Shown one piece after another: positions 8,551-17,838 of a DNA stretch of 34,350 bases. The stretch spans positions 1 through 34,350 of the IMG/VR virus record IMGVR_UViG_3300032225_001080. The stretch is one strand, 5' to 3'. This stretch comes from a virus (taxonomy: Duplodnaviria > Caudoviricetes). The first letter of the stretch is position 1, and each line of letters begins with the position of its first letter. A program made the translations under genes and the position numbers. Under the pieces are notes generated by a model. The model was given only the letters and a program-made list of their open reading frames with translations. It made no database searches and had not been told where the DNA came from.

Positions 8551-9170
8551 TGGGCGTCAGCCACAGCGGCGCCGAGCTCGCCAAGAAGGTCGAGAAATGG
8601 GCCTACGCCACCGGCAAAGCCAACCACGACGCCGTGTTTGCCGCCGCTCTGCAATACAAAGAAGGCGTCCTCGAGCAGGCAGCCGTCGACACGAAGGGCA
8701 CGCTAAAGATGCGCCGCTGGGGCAAGCAGGTGCGCAAGGGCACCGCCGATCAGCCCGACGAGCGTAAAGGCATCAAGCTCGGCGCCGGGTTCGACGTGCA
8801 GGGCTACGAGCACGCCACGGCACTGCTCAAGGCACGCCCACAAGGCACCTGGAAGGTCCTCGAGTACGGCGCCAAGTCGCACCCGATCGTCGCCGGCGGA
8901 CGCAAGAGCGTGGCGCACAAGGCGGCGGCACTGAATAAGGTCTTCGGGCTACAGATCGGCGCCAGAGAGCTGACCTCGATGCGTTCGGACCTTCTGCGCT
9001 TCAAGGTGCTCCGGTTTGGCCCCGGCGGCCCGGTCCGGCCTTACGCCAACCACCGGCGCACGCCGGGCAAGTTCACCTGGACAAAGGGCGCAAAGCGGAG
9101 CGAAGCGGCTGCCATCAAAGTGTTTGAGGGTGCCCATCAGCGGGCGCTGCTCAAAACCTTTGGCCCATGA
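8550..9170 (+). CDS. HK97 gp10-like tail completion protein
   Basis: Basic protein with VLEYGAKSHPI and ANH..TPGK; TAATG-coupled start at 8550. Confidence 0.65.
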   Translation: MGVSHSGAELAKKVEKWAYATGKANHDAVFAAALQYKEGVLEQAAVDTKGTLKMRRWGKQVRKGTADQPDERKGIKLGAGFDVQGYEHATALLKARPQGTWKVLEYGAKSHPIVAGGRKSVAHKAAALNKVFGLQIGARELTSMRSDLLRFKVLRFGPGGPVRPYANHRRTPGKFTWTKGAKRSEAAAIKVFEGAHQRALLKTFGP

Positions 9171-10189
9171 GGGCACTGGTAGTCGCCCCAGGCCCGGCGT
9201 TCTCTGTCGCCGATGTCTACCGGGGCTGGGCCGAGGGCCTTGCCGCACTCGGCGTCGAAACCCGACTGTTTGAGCTCGACAAGCTGCTCAACTGGTACGG
9301 CTCCGCTCACGTCGATCGCGGCGAAGGGTGGGTGCAGCCTTACGACCCAGAGCAAGCGGTCCATCTTGCTGCTGGCCACATTAAGGGCGAGTGCTACACG
9401 TGGTGGCCCGATCTTGTGATTGTCGTCTCGGGCTTCTTCATGTACGAGACGTTGGTCGCCATGATGCGGGACCGGGGCCACAAGGTGGTGCTGGTCGCCA
9501 CCGAGGAGCCCTACGAGACGTCCAAGACGCTCGACAAGGCATCGTGGGGCTGGGACGCCATCGTGCTGAACGACCCGACGAACATCGACCTGTATCGCGA
9601 CGTGGTCGACGGCCCAGTGCTCTACGGCCCGCATTGCTACCGGCCCGAGGTTCACTGCCCCGGACCGGCGTCGACGCCATCCGACGTCGCTTTCGTCGGC
9701 ACCGGCTACCCGTCACGCCAGGCGTTCTTGCAGCGAGTTGACTGGACCGGTCTCGACCTTGCCCTTGCCGGCAACTGGGAGCACGCGCCCGACGCGCTGG
9801 TCCGCCACGTCGTTCACCCGGTAGACGAGTGCATCGACAACGCCGACGCGGTGAAGCTTTATCGGGGCGCCGCTGCGAGCTTCAACCTGTACCGCCTTGA
9901 GGACGACGGCGGGCTGCACTCCGGCAGCGACGGATGGGCGGTCGGCCCCAGAGAAGTCGAGCTCGCCGCGACGGGCACTTGGTTCGCCCGGCAGTCCCGG
10001 CCCGAGTCCGACGAGCTGTTCCCGATGCTGCCGACATTCGACAGCCCCGAGGAACTCGGTGACCTGTTGCGGTGGGCGAAAGCTCATCCCGACGAGCGGC
10101 GCACCGCCGCCCAACAAGCTCGAGCGGCGGTCGCCGACCGCACGTTCCCCAAGAACGCAGAGCGTCTGCTGTCGGCGCTCGGCGTGTGA
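9167..10189 (+). CDS. GT-B fold glycosyltransferase (CgeB-like)
   Basis: TEEPYE, PHCYRPEVH, DVAFVGTGYPSR, LYRGA..SFNLYR, GPREVELAATG, ARAAVADRTF. Confidence 0.85.
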   Translation: MRALVVAPGPAFSVADVYRGWAEGLAALGVETRLFELDKLLNWYGSAHVDRGEGWVQPYDPEQAVHLAAGHIKGECYTWWPDLVIVVSGFFMYETLVAMMRDRGHKVVLVATEEPYETSKTLDKASWGWDAIVLNDPTNIDLYRDVVDGPVLYGPHCYRPEVHCPGPASTPSDVAFVGTGYPSRQAFLQRVDWTGLDLALAGNWEHAPDALVRHVVHPVDECIDNADAVKLYRGAAASFNLYRLEDDGGLHSGSDGWAVGPREVELAATGTWFARQSRPESDELFPMLPTFDSPEELGDLLRWAKAHPDERRTAAQQARAAVADRTFPKNAERLLSALGV

Positions 10190-10225
10190 CACCCCACACC
10201 AACGTCCCCACAGGAGGACATTCAG

Positions 10226-10627
10226 ATGGCAACCCCGATTACCGGGCGCAACGGCGCCCTCTACGTCGACACCTCGTTGGCCGGCACCGGTTCGGCGTCC
10301 AAGATCGCCAACCTCAACCAGTGGTCGCTGCAGCAGACTCGCGACAAGACTGAGGTCACGAGCTTCGGCGCATCGTCCAAGACCTACGTCTTCGGCCTCG
10401 CCGACGCGTCCGGCAGCTTCCAGGGCTTCCACGACACCGACGGGACGCTGCAGAAGGTGGCGGACGGCAACCCTCGTTCGATGTACCTCTACCCGTCGAC
10501 CGCCGACACGACGAAGTACTGGTTCGGTTCGGCGTCGTTCGACATCACTGTGTCGGCCTCGGTCGGCGGTGCCGTCGACGTGAGCGGCAACTTCGCCGCC
10601 GCCACCCCGATTCAGTACGTCGGCTGA
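10226..10627 (+). CDS. Major tail tube protein
   Basis: 133 aa; ITGRNGALY, W.L....D..EVTSFG...KTYV.GL.DASGSF; strong AGGAGG SD; precedes chaperone and tape measure. Confidence 0.85.
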   Translation: MATPITGRNGALYVDTSLAGTGSASKIANLNQWSLQQTRDKTEVTSFGASSKTYVFGLADASGSFQGFHDTDGTLQKVADGNPRSMYLYPSTADTTKYWFGSASFDITVSASVGGAVDVSGNFAAATPIQYVG

Positions 10628-10628
10628 C

Positions 10629-10982
10629 GTGGCTGACGAGTGGGCTGTCACGACCCCGAAGGGGCAGGTCCGCATCGCGGACCTGTCCCTCGAGCGTCTT
10701 GAGCAGCTGGAGGGCGACACCGGCGAGACGTGGATTCAGATCACGCTCGCCCCACTGCAGTCGGCGAAGGTGGCGCGATACGTCTACGCCATGTGCTGCG
10801 AAATTACCGGCGCCGAGCCGGTCGAGCTGAAGGCTCGCGACCTCGCAAGCGTGTTCAGCCTTGTCGCCGAAGACCTACCGGAGGTCTTTGAGGGCGGCAT
10901 CCCAAAAGAGGGTTCGGAGGACGTGACTCCGACGCCTGGATCGTCTGGTGCGCCAGACGATTCAACTGGCCCCCAGACGTGA
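10629..10982 (+). CDS. Tail assembly chaperone (gpG-like)
   Basis: Lies between tail tube and tape measure; contains slippery C CCA AAA at 10901-10907. Confidence 0.8.
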   Translation: MADEWAVTTPKGQVRIADLSLERLEQLEGDTGETWIQITLAPLQSAKVARYVYAMCCEITGAEPVELKARDLASVFSLVAEDLPEVFEGGIPKEGSEDVTPTPGSSGAPDDSTGPQT

Positions 10983-11035
10983 CCCTTCGCCAGTCGCCGC
11001 GCTCGTTGCGGCTTCTGAGCCTGTCAGAGGAATAA
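10901..11035 (+). other. Programmed -1 frameshift site and gpT-like extension
   Basis: In-frame X XXY YYZ heptamer CCCAAAA. The -1 frame reads RGFGGRDSDAWIVWCARRFNWPPDVTLRQSPRSLRLLSLSEE to TAA at 11033-11035, 4 nt before the tape measure start. Confidence 0.8.
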
Positions 11036-11039
11036 CGAC

Positions 11040-13631
11040 GTGGCGTTCGAGACCCTCAAAATCCTCATTGACGCAGATGCGAAGGGTGCATTGCGTGAGA
11101 TGGACAAGCTCGCCGCGTCGTCCGAAAGGGCGGCGGCGAAGGCTGAGTCCAAGTGGGGCAAGTTCTCGTCCAACCTGACGTCCTACGGGACGAAGGCCGC
11201 CATCGGCGGGGCCATCGTCGTCGCCGGGCTTTACAAGCTCGCCGAGGCGTCCGACGTCGCCGAGAAGGCAGACCTCAAGCTCACTAACTCAATCAAGAAC
11301 TCGGATCAGGTCTTCGCTCAGAACGGCAAAGCGTTGCGCGACCTGGCCAAGAGCCTGTCCGAGAAAACTGCGAGCGACAAAAACGCGATCAAGTCCGGCG
11401 AGGCTGTGCTGGTCTCGTTCAAGCTCACATCGTCGCAGGTCGCTCAGTTGACCCCGTTGGTCAACGATCTAAGCCGGAAGTACGGGATCGATTTAGTCGC
11501 AGCGGCCAAAGCGGTGGGCAAGGCAGTTGACGGCAACGGCGGGGCGCTCAAGCGCTTCGGCGTGTCGCTGGACACCAGCAAGCTCAAAGCCGACGGTTTC
11601 GGCACGACCGTCGAGGGGCTCCGCAAGAGCGTCGGCGGGTTTGCCGTTGAGGAAGGCCGCACTTTCAGCGGTCAGCTCGCCATTCTTGGCAACAATTTTC
11701 GCCAGCTCGAGGAGTCGGTCGGCAAGGGTGCGGCGGGCGTGTTCAGCGATCTTGCCGGCGGCCTGAGCGGCGCGATCAACGGGCTCAACAACGTCAACCC
11801 GGCGCTGGGCGAAAGCGTCGGACGCATCGGCGCCGTCGGTGCTGTCGGCGTTACTGCGGTTGGCGGTCTGGCTGCCCTGGTCGGCCAGTTCTCCAAACTC
11901 AAGTCGGCCGCCTTGAACGCCGAGGGCGGCCTGACCAACTTCGGAAAAGCCGCGGCCGGTCTCGGCGTGATCGGGCTCGCAGTTGGCATCTTTGAGGTCG
12001 TTCAGGCGATCGACGACGCAAAGGTCAAAAGCGAAGACTTCCAGATCGCCATCAAGCGAGTCGCCGAAGCAAAAGGACCCGAACAGGTCACGCAATCGTT
12101 CAAGCAGCTCTACGACGTAACGGACACCGGGCCCGACAAGTTCGGCCGCTTCATCGACTCGCTTGACGTCTTCAACGAATTTCACATCTCCGACGACAAG
12201 ACGGTCTCGATCGACGGGCTGAACTTTTCCGTCGACCGAGTCGGCAAGACGATCGACAAGGCTGCGCAGAGCGGCAACATGACGGCGCTGGCGACGTCGA
12301 TTCAGTTGCTCAAAGAGAAAGCAAAGGGTTCGCCGGAAGCGATCGACGCGCTCAATGCGAAGATCAACGACGGCGAAAAGATCCTCAAGAACTACACCGG
12401 CCTGTCGGCGCAGGCCACGATCGCCCAACGCAAGCAGGAGCAGGCGGTCAAAGACTCTGTCGACGCCTACGACAAACAGAACGTCACAATTCAGGGCGCC
12501 AAGACTGGGCTGGACCAGTACGCGAAGGGCTTGAAGTTCCTAGTCGACCAGCAGAATGAAGCCGAGACGGCGGCGAAAGCGTTCGGCGAAGCGATCGCAC
12601 GCTCCAACCCGCAATCCGACCTGGCCGAGGCCGCAGTGGCGACGAGCGGGGCGCTACGCACGCTGGGCGGCGACCTCGCCGACCTGCCAAAGAACTTCAC
12701 AGACATCTTCGACCCGACCAAGATCACCGACAAGTCCGGCGAGGCCATCAAAAAGCTTGACGAGTTCGGCAAGGACGCCAGAAACCAGATTCAGGCGGCC
12801 ATCGCATCGGGGGCATCCGACGCAGACGTCACCAAACTCGCCGACAGTCTGCGCGCCAGTTTCGTCGCAGCGCTGCAGGCCGCCGGCGTGCCGCCGGATC
12901 AGATCCCGCAGTACGTCGGACTGGCCAACCTTGACCCGATCAAGATCAAGGCCGCCATCGACTTCGGCGACCAGCAATCGCAGCTTCAGATTCTCCAGCA
13001 GGAGATTGATTTCTACGGGGAGAAGCTGCGCAACGATCCGAACGTCCTGGTGGCCTTCCAGGCATTTCTTCAAAACCCTTCACCCGAATCGCTCAAGGCG
13101 GTACACGACGCCATCCAGCACTGGAGCGACGACCCGAAGAACCACCCGAAGCTCAAGATCGACGTCGAGCCCGGCACTGTCTGGCCGGGATTCTTCCCCA
13201 CGCCGACCGGAGTGACGCCGGGTGTTCAGGGCGGCAAAGCATCGACGCCCAAGTCGCCAAAGCCCGCACCGACACCCGCACCCGCAGCGCCGGCACCCTC
13301 GCTGTTCGGCAGTGCTGGCGGCGCCCCGTCGCCGGTCTACGGCGGCACCGGCGGCTTGCCCGCTCCGCCAAAAAAGAAGCGGGCGCTCGGTGGACCGATG
13401 ACCGCCGGTGACCGCTCCTACGTCAACGAGCGCGGCGCCGAAATGTGGGTGCCGTCGACCTCGGGTTTCGTGATGACGGCCAACGATTCAAAGCGCCTCG
13501 TGGCCGGCGTTGAGCAGATGGTCGCCAACGGCGGCGGCCACACGTTCAACATCACCAGCACCGACCCGGTGCTCACCGCCACCGAGGTCGTCCGCAAGCA
13601 GCGCGACGCTGCGTTCCTGATCGGAAGCTGA
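11040..13631 (+). CDS. Tape measure protein
   Basis: 863 aa, Ala/Gly-rich helical; TFSGQL..L.N.F..L.E.VG; C-terminal RALGGP...YVNERGAEMWVP. Confidence 0.92.
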   Translation: MAFETLKILIDADAKGALREMDKLAASSERAAAKAESKWGKFSSNLTSYGTKAAIGGAIVVAGLYKLAEASDVAEKADLKLTNSIKNSDQVFAQNGKALRDLAKSLSEKTASDKNAIKSGEAVLVSFKLTSSQVAQLTPLVNDLSRKYGIDLVAAAKAVGKAVDGNGGALKRFGVSLDTSKLKADGFGTTVEGLRKSVGGFAVEEGRTFSGQLAILGNNFRQLEESVGKGAAGVFSDLAGGLSGAINGLNNVNPALGESVGRIGAVGAVGVTAVGGLAALVGQFSKLKSAALNAEGGLTNFGKAAAGLGVIGLAVGIFEVVQAIDDAKVKSEDFQIAIKRVAEAKGPEQVTQSFKQLYDVTDTGPDKFGRFIDSLDVFNEFHISDDKTVSIDGLNFSVDRVGKTIDKAAQSGNMTALATSIQLLKEKAKGSPEAIDALNAKINDGEKILKNYTGLSAQATIAQRKQEQAVKDSVDAYDKQNVTIQGAKTGLDQYAKGLKFLVDQQNEAETAAKAFGEAIARSNPQSDLAEAAVATSGALRTLGGDLADLPKNFTDIFDPTKITDKSGEAIKKLDEFGKDARNQIQAAIASGASDADVTKLADSLRASFVAALQAAGVPPDQIPQYVGLANLDPIKIKAAIDFGDQQSQLQILQQEIDFYGEKLRNDPNVLVAFQAFLQNPSPESLKAVHDAIQHWSDDPKNHPKLKIDVEPGTVWPGFFPTPTGVTPGVQGGKASTPKSPKPAPTPAPAAPAPSLFGSAGGAPSPVYGGTGGLPAPPKKKRALGGPMTAGDRSYVNERGAEMWVPSTSGFVMTANDSKRLVAGVEQMVANGGGHTFNITSTDPVLTATEVVRKQRDAAFLIGS

Positions 13632-13632
13632 G

Positions 13633-14106
13633 ATGCCGAAGCTCGACTGGAACAGTGCGGCCGGCAACTTGACCATCGGCGGCGTGGCAATGAACTGCGC
13701 CGGCTGGAAGGTGCTGAACCTTCACGTGCTGTGGCAGCCCGCCAACGTGCGCGGCAGCGACCGCATCGTGCCAGGCGCGACAGGCGTCATCCCGTTCCGG
13801 CGCCGGGCCACGGTCACCACCCACAGCCTGCAGATGCTGGTCTCCGGCACCCACGACCGGACCGGCTCGGCGAACGCCAACAAGTTCGTCGGCCTGCAGG
13901 CCAACGTGGACTACCTCATCGCCAACGTCGTCGCACCGACCGGGACCGGCGACGGCACCCGCAGCGCCGTGCTCACCATGCCCGACGCCTCGGTGCGCAC
14001 CGAGCCGGTTCACGTGCTCGGCATGGACTTCGGCGACGCCTCCCTCGACGGCTCGTGGCTCAAGGCCGTCATCGAGCTCTCGGTCCCGACCGGAAGGATC
14101 ATCTGA
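13633..14106 (+). CDS. Minor tail protein (distal-tail position)
   Basis: First gene after tape measure; beta-rich; RGSDRIVPGATG. Confidence 0.65.
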   Translation: MPKLDWNSAAGNLTIGGVAMNCAGWKVLNLHVLWQPANVRGSDRIVPGATGVIPFRRRATVTTHSLQMLVSGTHDRTGSANANKFVGLQANVDYLIANVVAPTGTGDGTRSAVLTMPDASVRTEPVHVLGMDFGDASLDGSWLKAVIELSVPTGRII

Positions 14107-14107
14107 C

Positions 14108-14512
14108 ATGGCGAACGCCATCCCCACCACTGCGCGCAAGGCGTTCATCGACGGCAGCGTCAACCTGAGCACCGACACCATCAAAGCCGTGCTCACCAAA
14201 AGCACGTACACGTACAGCTCGAGCCACGCCAACCTGTCCGACGTCGGCTCGACGTACCGAGCGGCGACAGTCACGCTGGCGTCCAAGACGACAACCGGCG
14301 GCGTGTTCGATTCCGCCGACCCGACGTTCTCCGCCGTCGCCAGCGGCTCAACGGTCACCGGCATTTGGCTCTACAAGGACACCGGCACCGAGTCCACCTC
14401 GACGCTGCTCGCCTGGTACGACACCAGCGCCAGCTCGTCGGCGATTTCGGTCGTGACCTCGGGCGCCGACATCACTGTGACCGTCTCGGCGTCGGGCTGG
14501 TTCTCGGTCTGA
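14108..14512 (+). CDS. Ser/Thr-rich virion structural protein
   Basis: DTIKAVL, VFDSADPTF, LYKDTG...STLLAWYD pattern resembles tail-region phage proteins. Confidence 0.65.
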   Translation: MANAIPTTARKAFIDGSVNLSTDTIKAVLTKSTYTYSSSHANLSDVGSTYRAATVTLASKTTTGGVFDSADPTFSAVASGSTVTGIWLYKDTGTESTSTLLAWYDTSASSSAISVVTSGADITVTVSASGWFSV

Positions 14513-14513
14513 C

Positions 14514-14651
14514 ATGCCGACGATCTCGCTGCCAGTCATTTTCCAGCCGGTGACGCCGCAGGCGCCGACGGTCGCTGGCACGTCGGCGACGATCGCGCCG
14601 TTGCCAATCCTGCGTCGCACGACGGTGCGTCGCGGCCCGAGGGTGCGCTGA
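14514..14651 (+). CDS. Small hypothetical protein (45 aa), not in the ORF track
   Basis: MPTISLPVIFQPVTPQAPTVAGTSATIAPLPILRRTTVRRGPRVR fills the gap between two genes with 1-nt spacing on each side. Confidence 0.55.
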   Translation: MPTISLPVIFQPVTPQAPTVAGTSATIAPLPILRRTTVRRGPRVR

Positions 14652-14652
14652 G

Positions 14653-15894
14653 GTGGCTGCGACAGTCACCGCCGAGCTCTGGAACTCGCAGAACTCGACA
14701 CGACTGGCGACGCTGCCGAACGCGACCGGGCACCGTTGGCAGGAAGTGCTCGACGACTGCGGCTCGTGGTCCCTTGAGCTGCCGGTCGGCGACAGCGCCC
14801 TCGCTTCGGCGATTTACGGCACGGTGGTGCGCTTTCTGGTCGACGACGACCCAGCCTTCGCCGGCCTCGTTGAGCAGCGCGAGCTGCGCATCGTCGCTCA
14901 GGGCGAAGAAGTCGACGAGGTCGTGGTGCTGTCCGGTCGTGGCCTGCTGGCCCTGTGGGAACAGGCGGTGGTCTACCCGAAGGGCGGCGTCGACAAGCGC
15001 CCCTCGTCCGACGTGCGGCCGTTCAACTGGTGCTTCCCCGAGAACCCGTTCTTCCTGCAGTGGCCGTTCGTCTACATCCGCCACTCCAAGATCGCCACGC
15101 GCATCAACTTCGACCCGCCGCTGTACGAGCCCTGGTTCCCGCCGAAGGGCTGGCCGGCGCCCGACACGTCGGCGTGGATGTGGACGAAGAACTACGGCAA
15201 CCGGACGCCGTCGGGCAAGTGCTACTTCATCTACGTCTACAACGCCCCGAGCGACATGGACCTCGTGATCTACCTCGCGGCCGACAACCGGGCGACGCTG
15301 TTCGTCGACGGCATCGTCTGCATGGAGACCGAGCAGTACCCGGCGTTCAACTTTGAGGAGTGCTACCGGACGGTGGTGCCGATCACCGCCGGGCGTCATG
15401 CCATCGGCGTCGAAGCCGAGGTGTACTCGCAGACGTCCAACGGGCTTTACCGGGGCATGGTGGCGGTTTCAGGGCACAGGCTGCCGACCGACGGCTCGGC
15501 ACTGTCGACTGCCACCAGCGTGTTCAAGTCCGACAGCACCTGGCAGGCCCTGGACTACCCGACGACGATCCCCGGCTACACCGCCGGCGGCGTTGTCTAT
15601 GAGCTGCTGCTCGAGGCGCTCGCTCGAGGCGCCCTGACCGGCTGGACGTTGTCGTTCGACAACATCACCGACTCAGCCGGCGAGCCCTGGCCATGGATGC
15701 TCGAGGAAGTCTTCCAAATGGGTCAGGACTACCTATCGGTGCTGCGCCAGCTCGGTGAGGCGTACATGGACGTTACCGTCGACCCGGTCGGGCTGAAGCT
15801 CAACGCCTACATCCGCAACGGCTCGGGCACCTCGGCCGCCACCTATGTCGCCGGGTCCAACCTGACCGAGCTGACCCACACCGAGAAGGGCTGA
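14653..15894 (+). CDS. Minor tail protein with an inserted beta-sandwich domain
   Basis: N-terminal W...L.D.GSWSLELP hub-like region; internal AADNRATLFVDG...GRHAIGVEA jelly-roll-like segment. Confidence 0.65.
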   Translation: MAATVTAELWNSQNSTRLATLPNATGHRWQEVLDDCGSWSLELPVGDSALASAIYGTVVRFLVDDDPAFAGLVEQRELRIVAQGEEVDEVVVLSGRGLLALWEQAVVYPKGGVDKRPSSDVRPFNWCFPENPFFLQWPFVYIRHSKIATRINFDPPLYEPWFPPKGWPAPDTSAWMWTKNYGNRTPSGKCYFIYVYNAPSDMDLVIYLAADNRATLFVDGIVCMETEQYPAFNFEECYRTVVPITAGRHAIGVEAEVYSQTSNGLYRGMVAVSGHRLPTDGSALSTATSVFKSDSTWQALDYPTTIPGYTAGGVVYELLLEALARGALTGWTLSFDNITDSAGEPWPWMLEEVFQMGQDYLSVLRQLGEAYMDVTVDPVGLKLNAYIRNGSGTSAATYVAGSNLTELTHTEKG

Positions 15895-15898
15895 ACGC

Positions 15899-16711
15899 AT
15901 GGCGGTGCTCAACTCGGTGCTCGTCCGCTGGGCGAAGGGCTACACCTCGTCGACCGACGCCTCGTCGACGTCGTCGTACGGGCGGCGCGAGACGTTCCTG
16001 TCGCTCACGTCGGTCGAGGACGTCAACTCGGCGACGACGGCCGGGGCCAACACGTTGTCGCTCTACTCCCAGCCGCAGAAGTCGGTTGTGTTGGGCATTG
16101 AGCCGCTGTCGGACACCGACACGCCGTACAAGGGCGTGTGGGTGCGCGACGCAGTGGTGGCGCCAGGCGCCGACGGCACCCCGACGACGTATCGGGTGGT
16201 GGGCGTCACCGCCACCACCGACGCCGAAGGCTTCGCCAAATTCGTCCCCGAGCTCGACACGAAAGCCGACGCCGTCGCCGATCGCACGAAGCTGTGGCTG
16301 AAGCGAGTCGGCGACGGCACCCTTGCCGGACGGTCTAAGCGGGCGCAGATTTCTCGGCCGCTTGACGCCCAGGTGCTCTCGGGCAAGGTCGAGGTCGTCA
16401 CGCCGTCAAACTTCTCGCAGGCGACGCTGGACACGACGACGTCGCCCCGCTGGCAGCCCGAAAAGACGATGCGGCTGACGCAGGTCGACGCCACCCTTGA
16501 CACGCCCGGCTCAACGTCCACGGTCGTCGTCGTCAAGAAGAACGGCTCAACGGTGGCCACGCTCACCCTCGCCGCCGGGCAGTACCACGAGACGTCGCTG
16601 CTGTTCTCGACGGTCTATTCGCCGACCGACTACATGACGGTGACGACGACGTCGGTGGGTACCGGCGCCGCCAACCTGAACGTGCAGATGGTCGGCGGAC
16701 CGGCGTACTGA
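15899..16711 (+). CDS. Minor tail protein
   Basis: S...YGRRETFL motif; Thr/Ser-rich beta C-terminus; tail operon context. Confidence 0.6.
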   Translation: MAVLNSVLVRWAKGYTSSTDASSTSSYGRRETFLSLTSVEDVNSATTAGANTLSLYSQPQKSVVLGIEPLSDTDTPYKGVWVRDAVVAPGADGTPTTYRVVGVTATTDAEGFAKFVPELDTKADAVADRTKLWLKRVGDGTLAGRSKRAQISRPLDAQVLSGKVEVVTPSNFSQATLDTTTSPRWQPEKTMRLTQVDATLDTPGSTSTVVVVKKNGSTVATLTLAAGQYHETSLLFSTVYSPTDYMTVTTTSVGTGAANLNVQMVGGPAY

Positions 16712-17472
16712 TGACCGCTCCGGCTTTCGTGGGCGCCGGTCCGGTCGCCTATGACGCGACGACGGCGTGGCCGACTTCGCTCGCCGTATCGAGCTCCACA
16801 CCCGTCGGCGTGCAAAACGGCGACCGGGTGGTGTGCTTCGTCACGACGTTCGCCGACGACACCATGACGGTCTCGCTGTACGCGCCGACCAACTGGACGG
16901 TCGTTGATTACGCGCAGCTCAACCAGCCGGGCCAGCACATCGGCCTGTGGGTGTTCACCGCCCGCTGGGGCCCCGACACGAAGGACTCGCTCGTGGCGCC
17001 GACATCGGCGACCACCACCGGACGTTCCTGGCGGCTGCAGTGCGCAGCATGGCGACCGTCGAAGCCGGTGAACCTGAGCGTCAGCCCGCCAGCTCACGCC
17101 ATCACCAGCAATCTCAACAACTTTACGTTCAGCGCTGGTCCGATCCAGAACGGCTTCGGCACCTATGGCGGCGGTGGCACCGTGGTGATGGCGCAAGTGA
17201 CGCGCAACGGGTCGTTCACCGGCGCCTTGCCGAGCTTCTTTTCGTCGCTGCCATACACCCTGCAGGTTGATCAGGCCGCCGTTGCGTCACGAGGCGGTGC
17301 GTTTCGTGTCGTCGACGGCGTGACTGCCGCCAACTACACGTCGAGCTCGGGCGTTTACGACCGCAGTTTCACCGGCCAGACGCTGTCAATGGCCGCCCTG
17401 TTCGTCATTGAGGCGGCCGAGTTTGACCCACCAGTCGTCACCGGCTGGTCGGTCGACCGCATCAGATACTGA
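16711..17472 (+). CDS. Hypothetical virion protein
   Basis: PAFVG...P.GVQNGD..V.FV, PTNWT; TGATG-coupled. Confidence 0.55.
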   Translation: MTAPAFVGAGPVAYDATTAWPTSLAVSSSTPVGVQNGDRVVCFVTTFADDTMTVSLYAPTNWTVVDYAQLNQPGQHIGLWVFTARWGPDTKDSLVAPTSATTTGRSWRLQCAAWRPSKPVNLSVSPPAHAITSNLNNFTFSAGPIQNGFGTYGGGGTVVMAQVTRNGSFTGALPSFFSSLPYTLQVDQAAVASRGGAFRVVDGVTAANYTSSSGVYDRSFTGQTLSMAALFVIEAAEFDPPVVTGWSVDRIRY

Positions 17473-17487
17473 GCCCAGGAGGGCACA

Positions 17488-17838
17488 ATGTCCTGGAAGT
17501 CATTGCCCAACGGCACCGAGGTCGACCTGGCCGGACCCGTCGGCGACACGCTTGAGGTCACGCTGTCGTCCACGTCGACCGACTACGCGTGGAACGGCTG
17601 GACGTGGAGTGGGCAGGTGCGCGAGACGCCCGACGCCGCCGCCACCGTCGGCACGTTCAGCTTCTCCGACTCGTCGACGTCGACGGCGCTGGCGCTCACA
17701 GCCACCGTCGGCGCTGCCACGACCGCCACGTGGAACGCCGGCGACACGCTGGTCTACGGCATCCAGGGCACGAAGGGCGGCAGGGTCGTCACGTTTGTCA
17801 CCGGCCGGGTGGTCCCGGTCGCTGCGGTCGTCCGATGA
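17488..17838 (+). CDS. Hypothetical tail-associated protein
   Basis: GDT.....WNGWTWSGQVR...YGIQ..G.V pattern; AGGAGG SD. Confidence 0.6.
   Translation: MSWKSLPNGTEVDLAGPVGDTLEVTLSSTSTDYAWNGWTWSGQVRETPDAAATVGTFSFSDSSTSTALALTATVGAATTATWNAGDTLVYGIQGTKGGRVVTFVTGRVVPVAAVVR

Noticed and set aside
13190-13380. Pro/Lys-rich stretch in the tape measure as a separate element or frameshift
   Set aside because: The frame is continuous into the conserved C-terminal RALGGP motif; it reads as a linker.
17589-17834. Extended N-termini in the ORF track (fibre 17589; also 5824, 7079, 20837, 25848, 27063, 28944)
   Set aside because: They overlap upstream genes; downstream starts with SD sequences or stop-start coupling fit better.
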